Source: Phoronis australis
Taxonomy: Eukaryota; Animalia; Phoronida
Direction: 5' to 3'
Length of the DNA stretch: 64,000 nucleotides
Assembly (NCBI GenBank): GCA_002633005.1
Contig: NMRA01000993.1
Span: 12,014-76,013, forward strand
Position numbers and translations under genes: made by a program. Below the pieces are notes generated by a model. It worked only from the letters and a program-made list of their open reading frames with translations. It ran no database searches and was not told the origin of the DNA. Every line of letters begins with the position of its first letter. The stretch's first letter is position 1. Shown piece by piece: positions 1 through 14,099 of this stretch.

Positions 1-141
1 CAAAACGTCACTTCCGGAGTAGAGGACGAGATATTAATTAAATTACGAAGAACTGTTATTAAGTGAAAAATATGTCTGGGATAATCAACAGACCCTATTT
101 TTGCTAAAAGTGACATGAAAAAAGGTTGCCTTCGCCTTTAA

Positions 142-1866
142 GTATCAACTTATTAAGTCCACTCCCTACAGCCTACATCGAAAAATAAGGCAGTTTGAGA
201 AAGGGTGACAAAGCAATTTTGGACAAATCTCTCCGCGAATGACCCAAATCATTCTCCCCCGGACGTGGAGTTGATTGCTGTTGTTCAGGTTTTGTTCCAG
301 GTCGTTTGGGATGTTCACAGAAATACATGAGATTGATGGCACTCTACTTGTCCTCTATTCTCCCGCTTGTTAGAACATCATTCAATTTTAAAGATATGAC
401 CACAAAGATCCCTACACAATGGACCGTGAGACGATGATATGAAGAAAATCTGAGGGAGCCCTGCTTACCCGCAAACACACCTTTTACAGAGAAACTATTC
501 TAAATAAGGCTATGTCAAACATTTTTCTGTGTGTATGCAGCTATCCCCTTCTATTCAACATCGACCGGGTCAAGAAGAGCCACTGTGTAGTTACATGTTC
601 ACATGCTGAAGCAGACGGTGTATAGGTAAATTTTAAAGTGGTGAAAGAAGGCACCCACACCATCAGAATCTCTAGTGACAACACTGTCGTCTCCTTGCTC
701 TTGGTTTATGGGACGTCATAAATGCCATTAAATGGAGAATGGGAATGATAGTATTTCGGACAAAATGGAAGAGTTCATAGATTCGGCCTGAACAAGTGCA
801 GTCAACGTGAGAGGTCAGAAGACGTGGTACTTGGTTTAAAGGAGCTGTCAGAGACGCTGTCTGTATCAAGGCCAAGAACGCATCTCTGAATAGACACCAA
901 TGTGTCAAGTTTAAATTATCTCAGTCGGCGACTCGTGGTCCATTGCCTTGCAGCTGTTTTCTGCGAACACCGACAGATGGGTTGGCGAAATTTTTCAAGA
1001 ACCAGTCAGTCAACAATCACCAGTAGAAGGAGCTAGGCAATGACGGGAAGTTTACTTTACAGTAAGTTCCAGAATTCATAGTTTATGAGTTTTCACTTGG
1101 ATGAATAATGATGCCCATCGTAGTCTACGTATATGTACATGTAACCTGTTCGGATTACACATACATGTACACGCATATCCCTATTCATGAGGAAGCAATG
1201 TGGCCTAGTGGGATAAATGTTCTTCCTTTACTCAAGTTTGTGGGTTCCAGTCCTATGGGGGCAAACTGTTGGACGCTTGAGTCAGTCCTCTAGCTACTCA
1301 GCTCGCTTTAAATTAATAACGCATAAAAATGGTTCCAGGTGATAAGTTCAATGTTCGTACAAGGCAGTCTGCGCACGTCTAGTATAAAAATACTGTAAAT
1401 TTTAGTTTTTGAGATGCTGGGAGGACATCTTATTTCAGTATTTAGCTATCCCTTGTTCTTAACATAATGGAGTCCCAGAAATGCTAAGTTTGCGTTTCCC
1501 ATAAATTTAACATTTCGTCGGCAAAATAGGTGGATTTTCCTTATTTCAGCTCACTTGACCTTTGACCTCTCAGTTGACGTTTACTTTGATCTGGCATCCA
1601 TGAAATAATAGCCGAAATGGACTCTCCATTCCAATAAACATTGGAAACTATACATTGCAGCATACTAAAAGCCATCATGTTCAGAATGTGGAAATGAGGC
1701 GAAATTCAACATGGCGGAAGCAGTCATCTTGAATTATATAAAATGCACAAAGTTGCACAAAATGCAACCAAGCTAATTTTGTTCTCTTAATCACACATAA
1801 TAATTTTCCAAAAGAAAACTTTATAGTAAACAACATTGCAGGGTCAACTTTTGGGCAAATATACTA
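142..1866 (+). mobile_element. Decayed Academ-like DNA transposon, 3' part
   Basis: Broken frames give CSHAEAD (about 594-615, compare the C.HEEAD motif) and TIRISSDNTVVSLLL. The region ends ...gggcaaatatacta (CTA terminus), and this end recurs inverted at 45050-45290. Confidence 0.45.
1192..1340 (+). mobile_element. tRNA-derived SINE
   Basis: A-box tggcctagtgg and B-box-like ggttccagtcc at tRNA spacing, followed by a non-tRNA body. Confidence 0.5.
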
Positions 1867-1975
1867 CAGCAACTTTGCAGAAAGGCCACCCCCCCAAAAA
1901 ACATAATGTTAATTCTGTGACATAGGGAGTATGAATTTTTAAGAAGTCTGCCATTAACTATGAATGTTCACGCCG

Positions 1976-3418
1976 ATAAAAATTATTTAAGTATTAAATT
2001 ATTTTATGTAAGCTATACTGCCTCCTCCTCATTATCATATTGTTTGGATTCTCTGGTCAGTGACCCTCTTTGTTTTACGATTATTGGTTTAATTGTACCA
2101 CGTGATCTCTTTGTCTTGTTGCAACACTGGGCCATCGTCCACAATTCTCTCCAACTTTCATTTTTCACTCAATTTCTCTTTCCCTCCCTCCCTCAAACCA
2201 ATTTTCATTCTTTCCCTTTATCCTCAAATTTCACATGTCGCTGTCCCGGTGTTGCTGTTATTCTTCCGCATATTGTTTCTTAACTTACTATGGCAGATTG
2301 TCACCCACCTTTACAGTGCAACATGTTATATAACTTTTGTAATTACTGATATCTGTAGTAGTTTAGTTTGTCATAATATATATGACCTTTTATCTCAACT
2401 ACATGTGTTGTTTCACTGTAAACTAGCTTCGGTATCGCTTCGCAGTTAGCGCATATAAAAATTATTTAAGTATTAAATTATTTTATGTAAGCTATACTGC
2501 CTCCTCCTCATTATCATATTGTTTGGATTCTCTGGTCAGTGACCCTCTTTGTTTTACGATTATTGGTTTAATTGTACCACGTGATCTCTTTGTCTTGTTG
2601 CAACACTGGGCCATCGTCCACAATTCTCTCCAACTTTCATTTTTCACTCAATTTCTCTTTCCCTCCCTCCCTCAAACCAATTTTCATTCTTTCCCTTTAT
2701 CCTCAAATTTCACATGTCGCTGTCCCGGTGTTGCTGTTATTCTTCCGCATATTGTTTCTTAACTTACTATGGCAGATTGTCACCCACCTTTACAGTGCAA
2801 CATGTTATATAACTTTTGTAATTACTGATATCTGTAGTAGTTTAGTTTGTCATAATATATATGACCTTTTATCTCAACTACATGTGTTGTTTCACTGTAA
2901 ACTAGCTTCGGTATCGCTTCGCAGTTAGCGCATATAAAAATTATTTAAGTATTAAATTATTTTATGTAAGCTATACTGCCTCCTCCTCATTATCATATTG
3001 TTTGGATTCTCTGGTCAGTGACCCTCTTTGTTTTACGATTATTGGTTAAATTGTACCACGTGATCTCTTTGTCTTGTTGCAACACTGGGCCATCGTCCAC
3101 AATTCTCTCCAACTTTCATTTTTCACTCAATTTCTCTTTCCCTCCCTCCCTCAAACCAATTTTCATTCTTTCCCTTTATCCTCTAATTTCACATGTCGCT
3201 GTCCCGGTGTTGTTGTTCTTCTTCCGCATATTGTTTCTTAACTTACTATGGCAGATTGTCACCCACCTTTACAGTGCAACATGTTGTATAACTTTTGTAA
3301 TTACTGATATCTGTAGTAGTTTAGTTTGTCATAATATATATGACCTTTTATCTCAACTACATGTGTTGTTTCACTGTAAACTAGCTTCGGTATCGCTTCG
3401 CAGTTAGCGCATATAAAA
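1976..3418. repeat. Tandem array of three 479-bp units
   Basis: Units start ataaaaattatttaagt at 1976, 2455 and 2934. Units 1 and 2 look identical; unit 3 has a few substitutions. Confidence 0.97.
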
Positions 3419-3814
3419 GCCACTGGGTTAACAACGTTAAGAAAATTTCTTGCATTTCAGCTTTAGTGGAGTATGATGCAATCAGGTATATATTAAATAA
3501 TCATTAATCGTTCACCTGCAGGAAACGCAATCGGATGAATTCGAAAAGACCGGCATACAATTCCAAGAATCAATGTCAAGTATCCGCAACGGGTTACATG
3601 TAATTCTATGAAGGTATATTGCGTACATTGTATCTAGCAAAATTGAGAACTGGAATTGAATTGAACTGAACGCAAACAGATAACAATGATATCCTCGTTT
3701 AATGTTGTCAATTGTATTTTAATACACTTTAGAAAAGAACGACTACTTTGCGTCTATCACGTTTAAATGTGCGACAGAGGAAATCGGTGTTTCTAGTTGC
3801 AGTCTTGTTTAATC

Positions 3815-5610
3815 ATAGATTATAGACAACAGACCTGCAACTCCGACATTTACTTAAGTGGTAGCCAAGAGACGCCGCCGCTCTCTTAAATTTTCTGGTG
3901 CAGTTTCCGGTTAGTGTACATGTGTATTTTGACGGGAAATTCTCGCATCTACATTACTGTCCAGCACAACGAAAAAAATAATTTCGGCATTGGAACGCTC
4001 TTCAAAGGCTTCCAATAGTAGCAGTATTGGTATCGTGAGTACTTTTGGCAATGCTACTGGTAATTATTTACAAAATTCAAACTTCGGTGCCGACTGATTA
4101 TGTCGTCTGCTTGCCCAATAGCAGCATACATGTAGTTATCGGACAGTTTGTGATTTATTATTCACATAGGCCTACTGAGAAAACTACGAAAGCATGTTTG
4201 TGCACAAATTCCAAGGAGTACCTTTGAATGCAAAAGATACTTATATAACGTTTTTGGTTTAGAAAAATATTAATTTTGCTCGAATTAAAAATGCGCCTCT
4301 GTAACGATTTGACTACTTTAACCTTTGCCTGATTATAATTCAACATTCTCAAGTGAGCAGTTTTTCTGGGAAGTGTTGAGTGGCCCTTAAAAGGTTGTAC
4401 TCTGCTTGAGCCTTAGGTATAGCTTGAAATGGTTCCTAAAAGAACCGTTGAATAATTCAACATGTATCACACAGTATACCGTGCTCACTCAAGTACTGAA
4501 GGTCCTCTTCATTCAAGTTTTCATCAGGGAAGGTTAGATGAAAACAGATGAGATGACAATATCGATGACAGTTGTAACACCTTATATAAATGTTACCGTT
4601 CTCCAACGTTACCACGAACCCTGCCTCTTTCAGTTCTTGTTAATGGATTCAGAAGTAACCCTGAACCGTAGGGAAAAAAGACATACAACAAAAACGAATC
4701 AAATTTCGAAAATCGTCGCCTTCGTACGATTCCTTTTTGTTGTCGCCAGACTGATGTTCCTCCCAACACCAATGTCGAAAATCGACGTTACAAGTGATGG
4801 AAACGTGTGTCCTTTGTTTCTAACTTTTAACCCATTTTTTAAGGAAGGGGTGTACTGATCTTCTCTAATGTTGATAGAGCATAACTTTTGGTTTTTACAA
4901 TGCATTAATTGTGTTGAATGCATTCATATTAAATGGCCTCATTGAGCTGAACAGAAAATAAATTAAATGTAACACAATAAAGTTTTGAAAAAATACACAG
5001 CTGTAACAGGACTCCCTAAGAATCGAGCTCTTTTCGAAAACTTTTCGCCATTGGTGATCTGATTGGTTCATGCATTTACGGCAGAAAAGTAATAGACGAA
5101 GTATCGTGCACGTGTGCACTGTAGAAACACTGTATCTTAATCTTATTTGGCTAATCTGTTGATACAGCAAATTTTCTTCTTTATGCCCATTCTGATTTAC
5201 CGCAACTTGACCTTGTTGTATTCTGTCATATATGGGGTTGGCATTGGGACCCACATAGAGCTTACTCGAATGGGCTTTATTTTACCAACTACTGTATTTC
5301 AAATTGTGTAGGTGAAGTAAATAAACAAAGTGGGTGATTATCATCACCGGAATTTCATCATTAGTATCTTTTGCCTGGTGCTCAAGTTTTTCTGAGACTA
5401 GGGATTGTCAGATTTGTAAGGTAGAAGTGTTTCGCTGGATTTCCAGGTCTGTGGCGTTATATATACATGTACCGGAACAAAATTAAAAAACGAGACCTTT
5501 AATTAAATCAGGAGCTGCATGATACACGTTTTACCAGACGTGCGCAGGCAGCCCAAGTGGGCCCATTGCACTGATCACTTGGAACCATTTTTATGGTTTA
5601 TTAATATATA
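3815..5610 (+). repeat. Interspersed repeat, copy A (inverted partner at 54836-56381)
   Basis: Collinear reverse-complement match to 54836-56381 over about 1.5 kb; ORFs 4699..4923(-) and 55291..55488(+) are near-identical. Confidence 0.92.
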
Positions 5611-7183
5611 CTTGTAGTTGTATGACACGGTGCATTGTATTCGTAATAGTAGAGGGGCACTAAACTTGGGGTACCAAAGTGTGCCCTGAACCGACTGAAT
5701 TTCACCAGGGTTTGCTGTGATATGAGTGGTGGTCAGTTGGGTTCGGAGACAGCTTGGCCAATGGGCGGCTGCACCCTGGGAAGGCGCGCGGCCAGGAGTG
5801 CTGGGTGGCCCTGTAACATGCGATACTCGGGTGGAAGCTACCCCTGCCATGTAGTGCAATTTCCCTTGTAGTTAAGGTATAGCTGCGTCTGGTAGGTGGG
5901 TCAAGTATGGAGCTGCCAGTCATATACAGCGACCACAACTCCGGCTCTATGGTTGCCCAGGGTGTGGCTGGGTTTCGACCTTTGTGGCAGCAATAATACC
6001 TGTAATACTGTAATACCTGTCACGGACAGGATCATTGAGGATATGCTGGTGCATTAATCCCCTCCCCAGACCATCCCCGTGACAGCAGAAGGCGCAGAAC
6101 TCCAGGGCTGACGTTGCCTGTAAGCATTTGATTGGACAGCACTCGGGCACGGCCCTTCTTGTGACTCTTCGCAGCATGGCCATAAACAATACCGGCTTCG
6201 AGCAGGCGGCTGCCATCATTGAACTCAGCCAGCTGGGATGCAGTCTGCTCGTGGCTGCGTTTGCGAGCCAGCAGCTTAACGTCAGCCGAATATAAGTAGA
6301 GGGGTTGGTTGGTGGTGCATGAGCCAGCGAGGTAATCTGCACGTTCATTAATCAAGACACCAGCGTGGCCAGGTACGAAAGACCAGATCACCACATGATG
6401 AGAGTGGCGTGATCGGAAGACACCCCAGTTGGCTGGGAGGTCTCCAGATTGAACTTTCATCAACACTGCCATGGAATCGGTGGCAAAGATAATGGTGTGA
6501 TTCTCCAGGTCTAGGAGTGACAGCTTGGTTAGGGCTCGTTGTATAGCCTCAAACTCCATCCGCGTACTGCTTGTGGATATATGGTGGCAGCCACTACCTT
6601 CCGCAATGACGTTGTTAGCACAGCGTATTTGATAGCCCCATCCCGCACGATTAGTTTCACCATCGAAGGATCCATCAGTTGCTACAATGATGGCATTAAT
6701 ACCGCCAAGATCACGCCATTGCTGACGGCACAATGCTTGGGCTACTCCAGGAGGCCATTCCCGAGCTTCCCTGTTGAAAGCAATGATGACATTCGGTTCC
6801 TCACCAAGTTCTTGTACTGGCAGCCAAGCAGCAACTTGCGCGATCATGTGTTCGCCGATGAGACCCATGGTTGCGTTAACAGCAGCGACAGTCCACGAGC
6901 ACCTGCTAAGTCTTTGGTGGGAGGCATTGCGAAAAGGTCTAGGACGAAGTCCATAAGTTTCTGTTGCAGGGACGGAGTTCACGCACCTGTCAAGTGCAGT
7001 CTTCACTTGACTGTGTAATGGATGGAAGGGGCTTTGAACAGCCTTGGCTACAGTAATACCTTGTAGAAGGGATTGTCTGTCTGCAATGCTGGGAATACCG
7101 ACAAGGTAACGTAATGCTGTGACTGACGTAGTTCTCGTACATCCAGTGATGACGCGAAGACCAATGTTCTGGAGCCTCTCAAG
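5611..7183 (-). mobile_element. I-group non-LTR retrotransposon (LINE) 3' part with RNase H
   Basis: RT-thumb-like LQNIGLRVITGCTRTTSVTALRYLVGIPSI near 7090-7175 runs in frame into an RNase H (TDGS, SSTRMEFEAI, ATDS, VPGHAGVLINERADYLA; ORF 6032..7006). The 5' end stops at an N at 7184. Confidence 0.85.
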
Positions 7184-10147
7184 NCCTTTTCAATTTAGCC
7201 GGTGGAGCGTGAGACCCCTGAGGTCCCAATCGAGTCCTCACGACAACTTCGCGTTATGTGGACCGCACCACCTGTTTTATCTTGTTGGCCACCTATGATA
7301 GGGGGCAACATTTATTGTTATAGCCCTCAAGAAAGATAATGTGCGCGCCAACACTGCTTACACCATCGCAAAGATTCGCATGACCAGCGTCGCTAAAAAC
7401 AGTCAACTGCCAGTCACTCACGGGGCCTAGATTAGGAAACTTCACAAATGAATCACAGTCTTTCAGTCTTTTTACTATTTTCAAAGCTCGCTTGAGATCA
7501 CCAACATTGGCAGTTTTGAACTTCATGCTCAACTCGATCAGATCATAAGCCAGGTCCGGTCGGAAGCCCTGTACGGCCCAATTAAAACTCCTGACTATAC
7601 TCCTTAACAGGGTTTTTTCGTCCGTGTTCAACATGTCACTTTTGTGATTAAATCTTTCAGGAGGAACGTCAATCATTTCCCGTCAGTTTGCTTTACATGA
7701 AAACCGATATATTTGAAATGGCCGCCTTCCTCCAACTTTCCAGCCGTAAAGCGTTCGCGCAAACGAGCCATGACCAACATGTCAAACCAGTTCTCGCCGC
7801 AATGCAAACAATCGTCAATGTGACTGCAAAACATACCTGCTAGTCGACCGTCCTTGCGGAAAGTAAACAGGGCGGCATCATGGGATGACTGGGTACAACC
7901 CAACTTCTGCAACTGTTCACACACGCTCTCAAATAATTGACGAGCAGCATCATTCAATCCATATAGGCAGCGGTTCAACTTCCACAGTTTCTCGGCGCAT
8001 TTCGCCTCAGGCGGCGGAACGATAAAAATATCGTGTTCAGGTTTACGACCTAGCAAAAGCGCAGACTTGATGTCAGTGGTTTTGAGATTCCAACTTTTTG
8101 CAGCGGCCACTGCCAAAAACACCCGCAATGCACTTTTACCAATGGTGGGCGAGTCCCGCGGCACGTCCGCCTGCTCCTCAAAGCCTCTGGCGACCAATCT
8201 CGCTCGCACTTGATCACCTTTATTCCACAAAACCCAGGTGGTGGACACGCTATTTTGTCCGTTGTCATTTACCTCTTCGTAGGTACCTATTCTTTCAACT
8301 TGTCAAGTTCAACTTTTTTCCCGGACTCGTTGTGACGCGATTTGGGAATAAGCACGAGATTTACTTCTTCCTCGGCAATAGTTTCCCATTCGGCGACATT
8401 CGCAAGATCAACGCTCGAGTCTTCTCCACCGTCATCTAACTGCACATTAAACCAGTCTTTGTACTTTCCCGAAACTTTTCCCGCACGACTTAGCACGGTA
8501 GCTTTAACCCATTCGTCCGATGGGAGGACTTCGTACCTGATGCGTATGTCGGAGCGAACTGCAGTGCCACTTCTATTCTCACAACCGTCACTATTCGAGG
8601 CACCAAGCTGTTCACTACACGCAACGTTTCTAGTCGGTGTACAATCGTTCGCGTTACCACGATCGGAAATGCCATTTTGTGAAACAGAATCACTATCATC
8701 AGACTGGGTGCCAAGTGCCTCACCGGCTTTCACAAGTCTCGTAGGAGACACGCGCACGATTAAACCGCCATGGCGCACGAACACCACCTCGCTGTCTTGA
8801 AACAAAACTTTTCCGGGTCCGAGCCATCGTTCTCGGTCTTCACGCTTGTAATAAACAACAGTACCATGCTCAAACAATTGCTCCGATGATCTCACTTTGT
8901 GACGCAACGCCCTTCTAATTCTCTCAACCGTATCAGACGCCACAAACGCTCCTCTCGAGGCGTTACAGCGCATTCAAGTGTTTCGCAAGAGTCTCGCTGT
9001 AGGTAATTCCCTGCAGAGCGGGAAAACCGTCGGACATGATATTGAGCAAGTTCGGATTCCTGCCAAAGACTAACTGATAACTACTGAATCCGTTCCACAT
9101 ATGCAGAGAATTTCGAGCAACATTCGCCCAACACAGCAGCACAGCTAAATCGGTTTTGGGGAATTCATCCTCAAGCTTTATCAGCATACTATCGGTAACT
9201 GCGTGCACGCGTTCGCACAAACCATTCTGAAATGGACTACCGGCAGCAGTAGTGTGCAGTTTCATGTTCAAAATACTGGCCACTTCTCGAGTTTCATCCG
9301 AAGCGAATTCCCCGCCATTGTCCGACAAAATCGCTTTCGGAACGCCAAATCCAGCACCAACCCAGTGAGTCATTATTTTGTCAATTACTTCGGATGGATT
9401 CTTTCTGTCAATAAACCACATATTAACCATGTGAAGAATCCACCGCGATTTCCACTTCTTAAGATCCACTGCAACAGAATCATTAAAATATTTGGCCATA
9501 GGAAACGCAACGACAGGTTTGGGGGGCGTTTTCGCGTGGATTTTACAGAATTCGCAATTGTCCCGAATCGCAGACAAATCATCCAGTCATCATACACCCC
9601 CGCGTCTTTAAGCAAGCCAACGAGTTTGTTAGTGGGAGGATGCGCAAACTGCCTGTGCAATTTGAGCAGAACTTTCTTGCGATCTGTTACGGTAAGATGC
9701 TGAAGAGTAACAGCGAACCCTTCGTGCTCTTCCACAGTACGCGATGGAACGACAGGCACACAATAATGACCCAATGTCGTTTGTTGCAAATTGACCAGCT
9801 GGCCCATAATCTCAGCGGTGTCATTCTCTAGATCTAGTTTCACTGTAGCTTCTTTCATCGCTGTTTAGATAACAAGAGAGGTATTTCGGATTCAACCACA
9901 TCCGTTTTGATCGTGACAGACTTTCCCGCCAGAAGACGGCTGGGATCTCAACGCTGGCCCTCGATGGGAGGCTGTGCCCACTACCCAATTTGAATGATCT
10001 AACGCCTGGGTTACGCTTCAAGTAACGCTTGTCGGTCTCGCTTAGACTCTCGATGTAATCACCCAACCACTGTTCACCACAGACAGTACTAAAGCAAGCG
10101 CTGTCCAGGACTACGGAGTTTTGCGCTTCACGCGTAAGTTGGCTTAA

Positions 10148-11801
10148 AGGAGCATGCTACCCAAAAACAACCTAATTGGATTCAATTTAGATCGAGTAGT
10201 TCTACTCCATAACGACACGTACGGTTGCGTTACCTGACACCTGACGGCAGACGGAGATGTTGAAATTATTCAATGACGTCATCGGTTTGACACGCAGTCT
10301 GTTCAGCAGTTCACAACACGGGTTACTGGTGTCAGCTTATCGCTTGAAGTCATCGTTTAACACCAATAAATCATCAAACGTCGATGTAAAACCCTTAAAA
10401 ATACACCGAGTTCTCATAAAAACGTGTTGTTTTTTTGGCTCTTACGGATTTATTGGTATTTGGACACACCGTAGCCTACAAAGTCCGGCAGGCCAATAAG
10501 GTCCGTAGCAGGAGTTTGGGGTCTGTTCGGAGATAATTTCGAAGTATTTTCCGTGAGATACAGACATGATAACCTAGATCTGTGTTGTTTAGACTTGTGA
10601 TTTTTTGAGTTCTAAACACAAAACGCTTGTTATCCCGACCAGTGGCTCGGAGCCCGATAGGCCCGTCGCGGCCGGCCGGATTGACTCGTTATCCCGAACT
10701 GATCAGACATCACGAACATAAGCCAGTCAAAGTTCAATGGAAACTAAACTTCCAGTCAAGAAAATACTATACTAGTGAGCCAAAGTAATGTGCACGTGAT
10801 TATGTTAGTGAATTACCACGAAACTGCAAATCTACTTACTCGTCGGGGGCCGCGAATTCAGGTTCCGCTTTGGCCACAACACCGTCAGGACAGAAGTTGT
10901 GTATTGGCAATCATTACTTGAGTGATGTAAGTGTAAATAAAGATTCCCCTCGCTGTGGGATGGAAATCGCGTTGTTTCACAACAGTTTCTGCCAGCAAAC
11001 ACTAAATTAGGTGAACTCACGCGGCCTCGGTGTCCCGTCAATTAGTTTTATTGCACCTAAAGCCGGTAACGCAGTGATTTATTCATTGCTGGTTTCTCAA
11101 ATCATTTGCACTCACGAACACTCCAAAGGCATTACAAATTGCATCTAATGAGACAGACTTTGTTTCAGTTTCAGTATTGGTTAGGAGAGAATAATTCATT
11201 TTGAAACAGAACGCTCAGTAATAAACGCCAACATGGCAACTCGCAATCCCGACTTGGGACGAGCTAGAGCTCATCAATCCCGACTTCGCTGGTGGATCCT
11301 TAAGTTTTACAGGCTATCAATTCGAGCAGGAATACAGTGATGAATAAATACTAGAGAGGCGCCGTGAACAAGCTCAGACAACGGAACGTATGGAGTTATT
11401 TGGTAAGCCGGCATTCGTCAGGCACTGTCGACGTCTGCAGGCCACAGACACGGATATGTTTCACGGCCTCATACTTGCTATTTACGGCTTACATTTCATT
11501 CTTCACTACCATGAGCCACTTCCTAAACATTTCGGACTCCCGAGAAAGTAAAAAACGATATATCCGCTTTCCTCGCAGCTGCTTAGTTCGGACAAGCGGG
11601 AACGATGCACCGTAACATAGCTGCATTCACTCTGCATATGAACCATTGACGTCGCTAGCGTCGTAGCGTCGTTTCTCACCTTCCTCACAGGTTAACGCGA
11701 CATCCCTTGGCAAGGTAAGGTCGACCGTATGCGAGGCGATATGGAAATAGGCCGATTAAGACGGCAAAAAAAAGACTAATTAAATCGGGTGGCATTCTCC
11801 T
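10148..11801. mobile_element. Non-autonomous Kolobok-type DNA transposon, copy 1 (inside the copia)
   Basis: TTAA|AGGAGCATGCTACCC ... GGGTGGCATTCTCCT|TTAA. Removing it restores the copia frame AVLFTGSKSGLSQLTREAQNSVVLDSAC. Confidence 0.9.
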
Positions 11802-12712
11802 TTAAGCCGCTTTTGCTCCCGGTAAAAAGCACAGCATGTTCAGAATTGTGAGTGTTGGACATATTTTCCCAACTGTCTGGACACTTGGCAATGAGGTGCC
11901 TGTAGGAACCACAGCACATGCATGTCATACGGTTTCCGTTTGATCCTATCGGATTAAGGGGCCGCGCATCCGGTGTCTTGTCATTACTGACGCCCGGCTG
12001 CGTATGTCCTCGTCCGCGAACACCTCTACCTCGGCCTCGCTACGGAGGTCGGCGCGCATATCCCTCGGCAAGGAGTACGTCTTCATTTTCCACTTACCAC
12101 ACTGGTTCGAGTTTGATGCCATTATTACCGGTTACAGCCCCGCCGCTCACAGTCTCACCCTTGAATTTGTTGAGTGACGTTTTTGCTTGTTCATAGAGCT
12201 CTGATTTCTTGCCGTAGTCCATGCCGGTGGGCACTAGCAATTTTTATCTTTTGAAATGTTTGCTTTGTGCAGCAGCTTGAAAGCTAGAATTTCGGACGGC
12301 AGTGACATACGCTTTTTAACTATTCTGTTGTAATACTGATCAAACACTTGGATGTATTCAGTAACAGATTGTCCATCCTTGCGCTCGTAATCCTCGAAAG
12401 CATCAAATTTTTCAAGGCTATCTGATCAATCGTCTTTGCCTAATTTGGAATCACAAAATTCGATGAGCTTATCCAAGCCGTCATTTGCCTTGAGCACCGC
12501 AATGTCTAGTTCGTCAAACACCTGTTGACGGATGCCTACTGAGTCTGTTTCGGGCAACGACAGTGCAATCGCTATTCCGCGCTTACATTTCTCAATGGTC
12601 GTGACCTCATTCCACGCTAAGAGTTCTGTTTCTTCGTCCCGCTAAATTCCGGTGGGTGAATACGCATTGACATTTTGACTGATATTCACCTGTACCCGAA
12701 GATCTTTATGAA

Positions 12713-12722
12713 TCTGCTACCA
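12713..12722 (-). other. Primer-binding site of the copia element (tRNA-Met)
   Basis: Minus strand TGGTAGCAGA, 2 nt after the putative LTR end and upstream of the gag ATG at 12673. Confidence 0.8.
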
Positions 12723-12724
12723 TT

Positions 12725-12889
12725 CGTTAGTTCGCTCAAAGACAACGCAAATGTCCCTAACTAGTGATTATATACGCCAGCACAATAAACGTGAACAGTC
12801 CACCAACATGGACGCTCTGGAACGCTCTTCCAGCCAGTGAGGAGAGGTTAAACACCAGAGACGCCTGCCGGCTAATACAAAGCTTAACA
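12725..12889 (-). repeat. Putative 5' LTR (about 165 bp)
   Basis: Minus strand starts TGTTA and ends TAACG next to the PBS; there is no second LTR to confirm the boundaries. Confidence 0.55.
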
Positions 12890-13572
12890 CCAACAGAGTC
12901 TCGCTTGATGAACAATAATTACAAAATGCAAATGAATCAATGAAATTAGCTTGGTTGGATAACTTTGAAAATGACAAATTTTCAGAAGAAAAATGCGCTT
13001 AATGACCCCATGGTTGCACTAAATAATCTGAAACTTTGAATTTCAAATTGAATTACAATTACCATTCAAACATGCGAATTTGAAATGTCTAGCTCGAAAT
13101 CTTAGTTTGCACCTAAAGACCTTTGACCTATGTTTCTGTTTGGATGATCCTATTGCTTTCTAAATTAGGGTGTTTGATTGACATGTAGGATTACACCCGT
13201 GTGCTGAAATTGAAAAGAATTAAGTAAAAAATGTAAGAGAAATAACATTTTGAAGATTAGATGACCTTTCCACTAATTAACCCTATTCGGTGCATTATAA
13301 GTCTCTTTAGGAGATTTATTGCAAAGCCCTTGAAAATTGTGTTTAATGATGAGAGAAATGTGTTTAGTGCTGGGAATCACAGTTGTCCAACTGATGACAT
13401 GTCAGAATACTTTTTGAATGAAAATGACAACTTTTCAGAAGAAAAATGCACCTAATGACCCCATGGTGTCTCTAAATGACCTGAAACTTTGATTTTCGAA
13501 TTGAATTACATGCACCAATTAGACGTGTGGATTTGAACAACAGTACTCTGCGCTTGCAAGCGCAGAGTAATG
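12890..13572 (+). mobile_element. Helentron-associated (HINE-like) non-autonomous element
   Basis: Internal direct repeat (gaaaatgacaa...cagaagaaaaatgc...taatgaccccatgg at about 12967 and 13420) and a terminal hairpin actctgcgc-ttgcaa-gcgcagagt at about 13546-13569. Confidence 0.5.
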
Positions 13573-13944
13573 AAAGACAATATTTAAATAATCAGTAAAG
13601 AATGAGAAATTAACATGGAAAGACAGATGAAACAAAATAAAAATAAAATATGGTAAATAGAAGATAAACATTCTAAGACGAGATGATTAACTAAAATATA
13701 AATATAAGACTACATAATTAAAAACAGACAATTATTTATAAAGTAAGACATAACACACACATATATATAAATATATGTATGTGTGTGTTATGTCGTACTT
13801 ATATATATATACACACACACACGCTTACACATGCACACTTATAGACACACATACATGAATGCATACATACATACATAAACATACATTTATATATACATAT
13901 ATAAATACATACATAAATACAAACATACACATGAATACACAACT

Positions 13945-13946
<2 letters not shown>

Positions 13947-14008
<62 letters not shown>
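13947..14008. repeat. (CA)n microsatellite within AT/CA low-complexity sequence
   Basis: Directly visible. Confidence 0.95.
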
Positions 14009-14010
<2 letters not shown>

Positions 14011-14099
14011 GTATATATATATATGTGTGTGAATAAAATAGTCTGATATGGGGATACTGAATGCAAGTTTGCTAAACAGAACACATCTATATGAAGTTA

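Larger units (their letters stand above)
7185..12889 (-). mobile_element. Ty1/copia LTR retrotransposon, GalEa-like, degenerate
   Basis: Order gag (IAIALSLP), CCHC knuckle (CMCCGSYRHLIAKC), protease (VVLDSACFSTVCG), integrase (LHRQFAHP, SDNGGEF, NGLCER), RT (ARLVARGFEE, LYGLNDAAR, HIDD), RNase H (FSDAGHAN) is the copia order. Many frameshifts; no 3' LTR before the N at 7184. Confidence 0.92.

Noticed and set aside
1960-3407. Repeated 79-129 aa hydrophobic ORFs
   Set aside because: By-product of the pyrimidine-rich 479-bp repeat; no domain signature
3461-3612. Two AG...GT-bounded segments as possible upstream astacin exons
   Set aside because: The larger segment has stops in all three frames and no astacin motif
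7175-7195. Apparent LINE/copia chimera with two RNase H domains in tandem
   Set aside because: The junction coincides with an N at 7184 (assembly join), so adjacency is unproven
6539-10066. Plus-strand ORFs overlapping the retroelements
   Set aside because: Antisense shadows of GC-richer pol coding sequence
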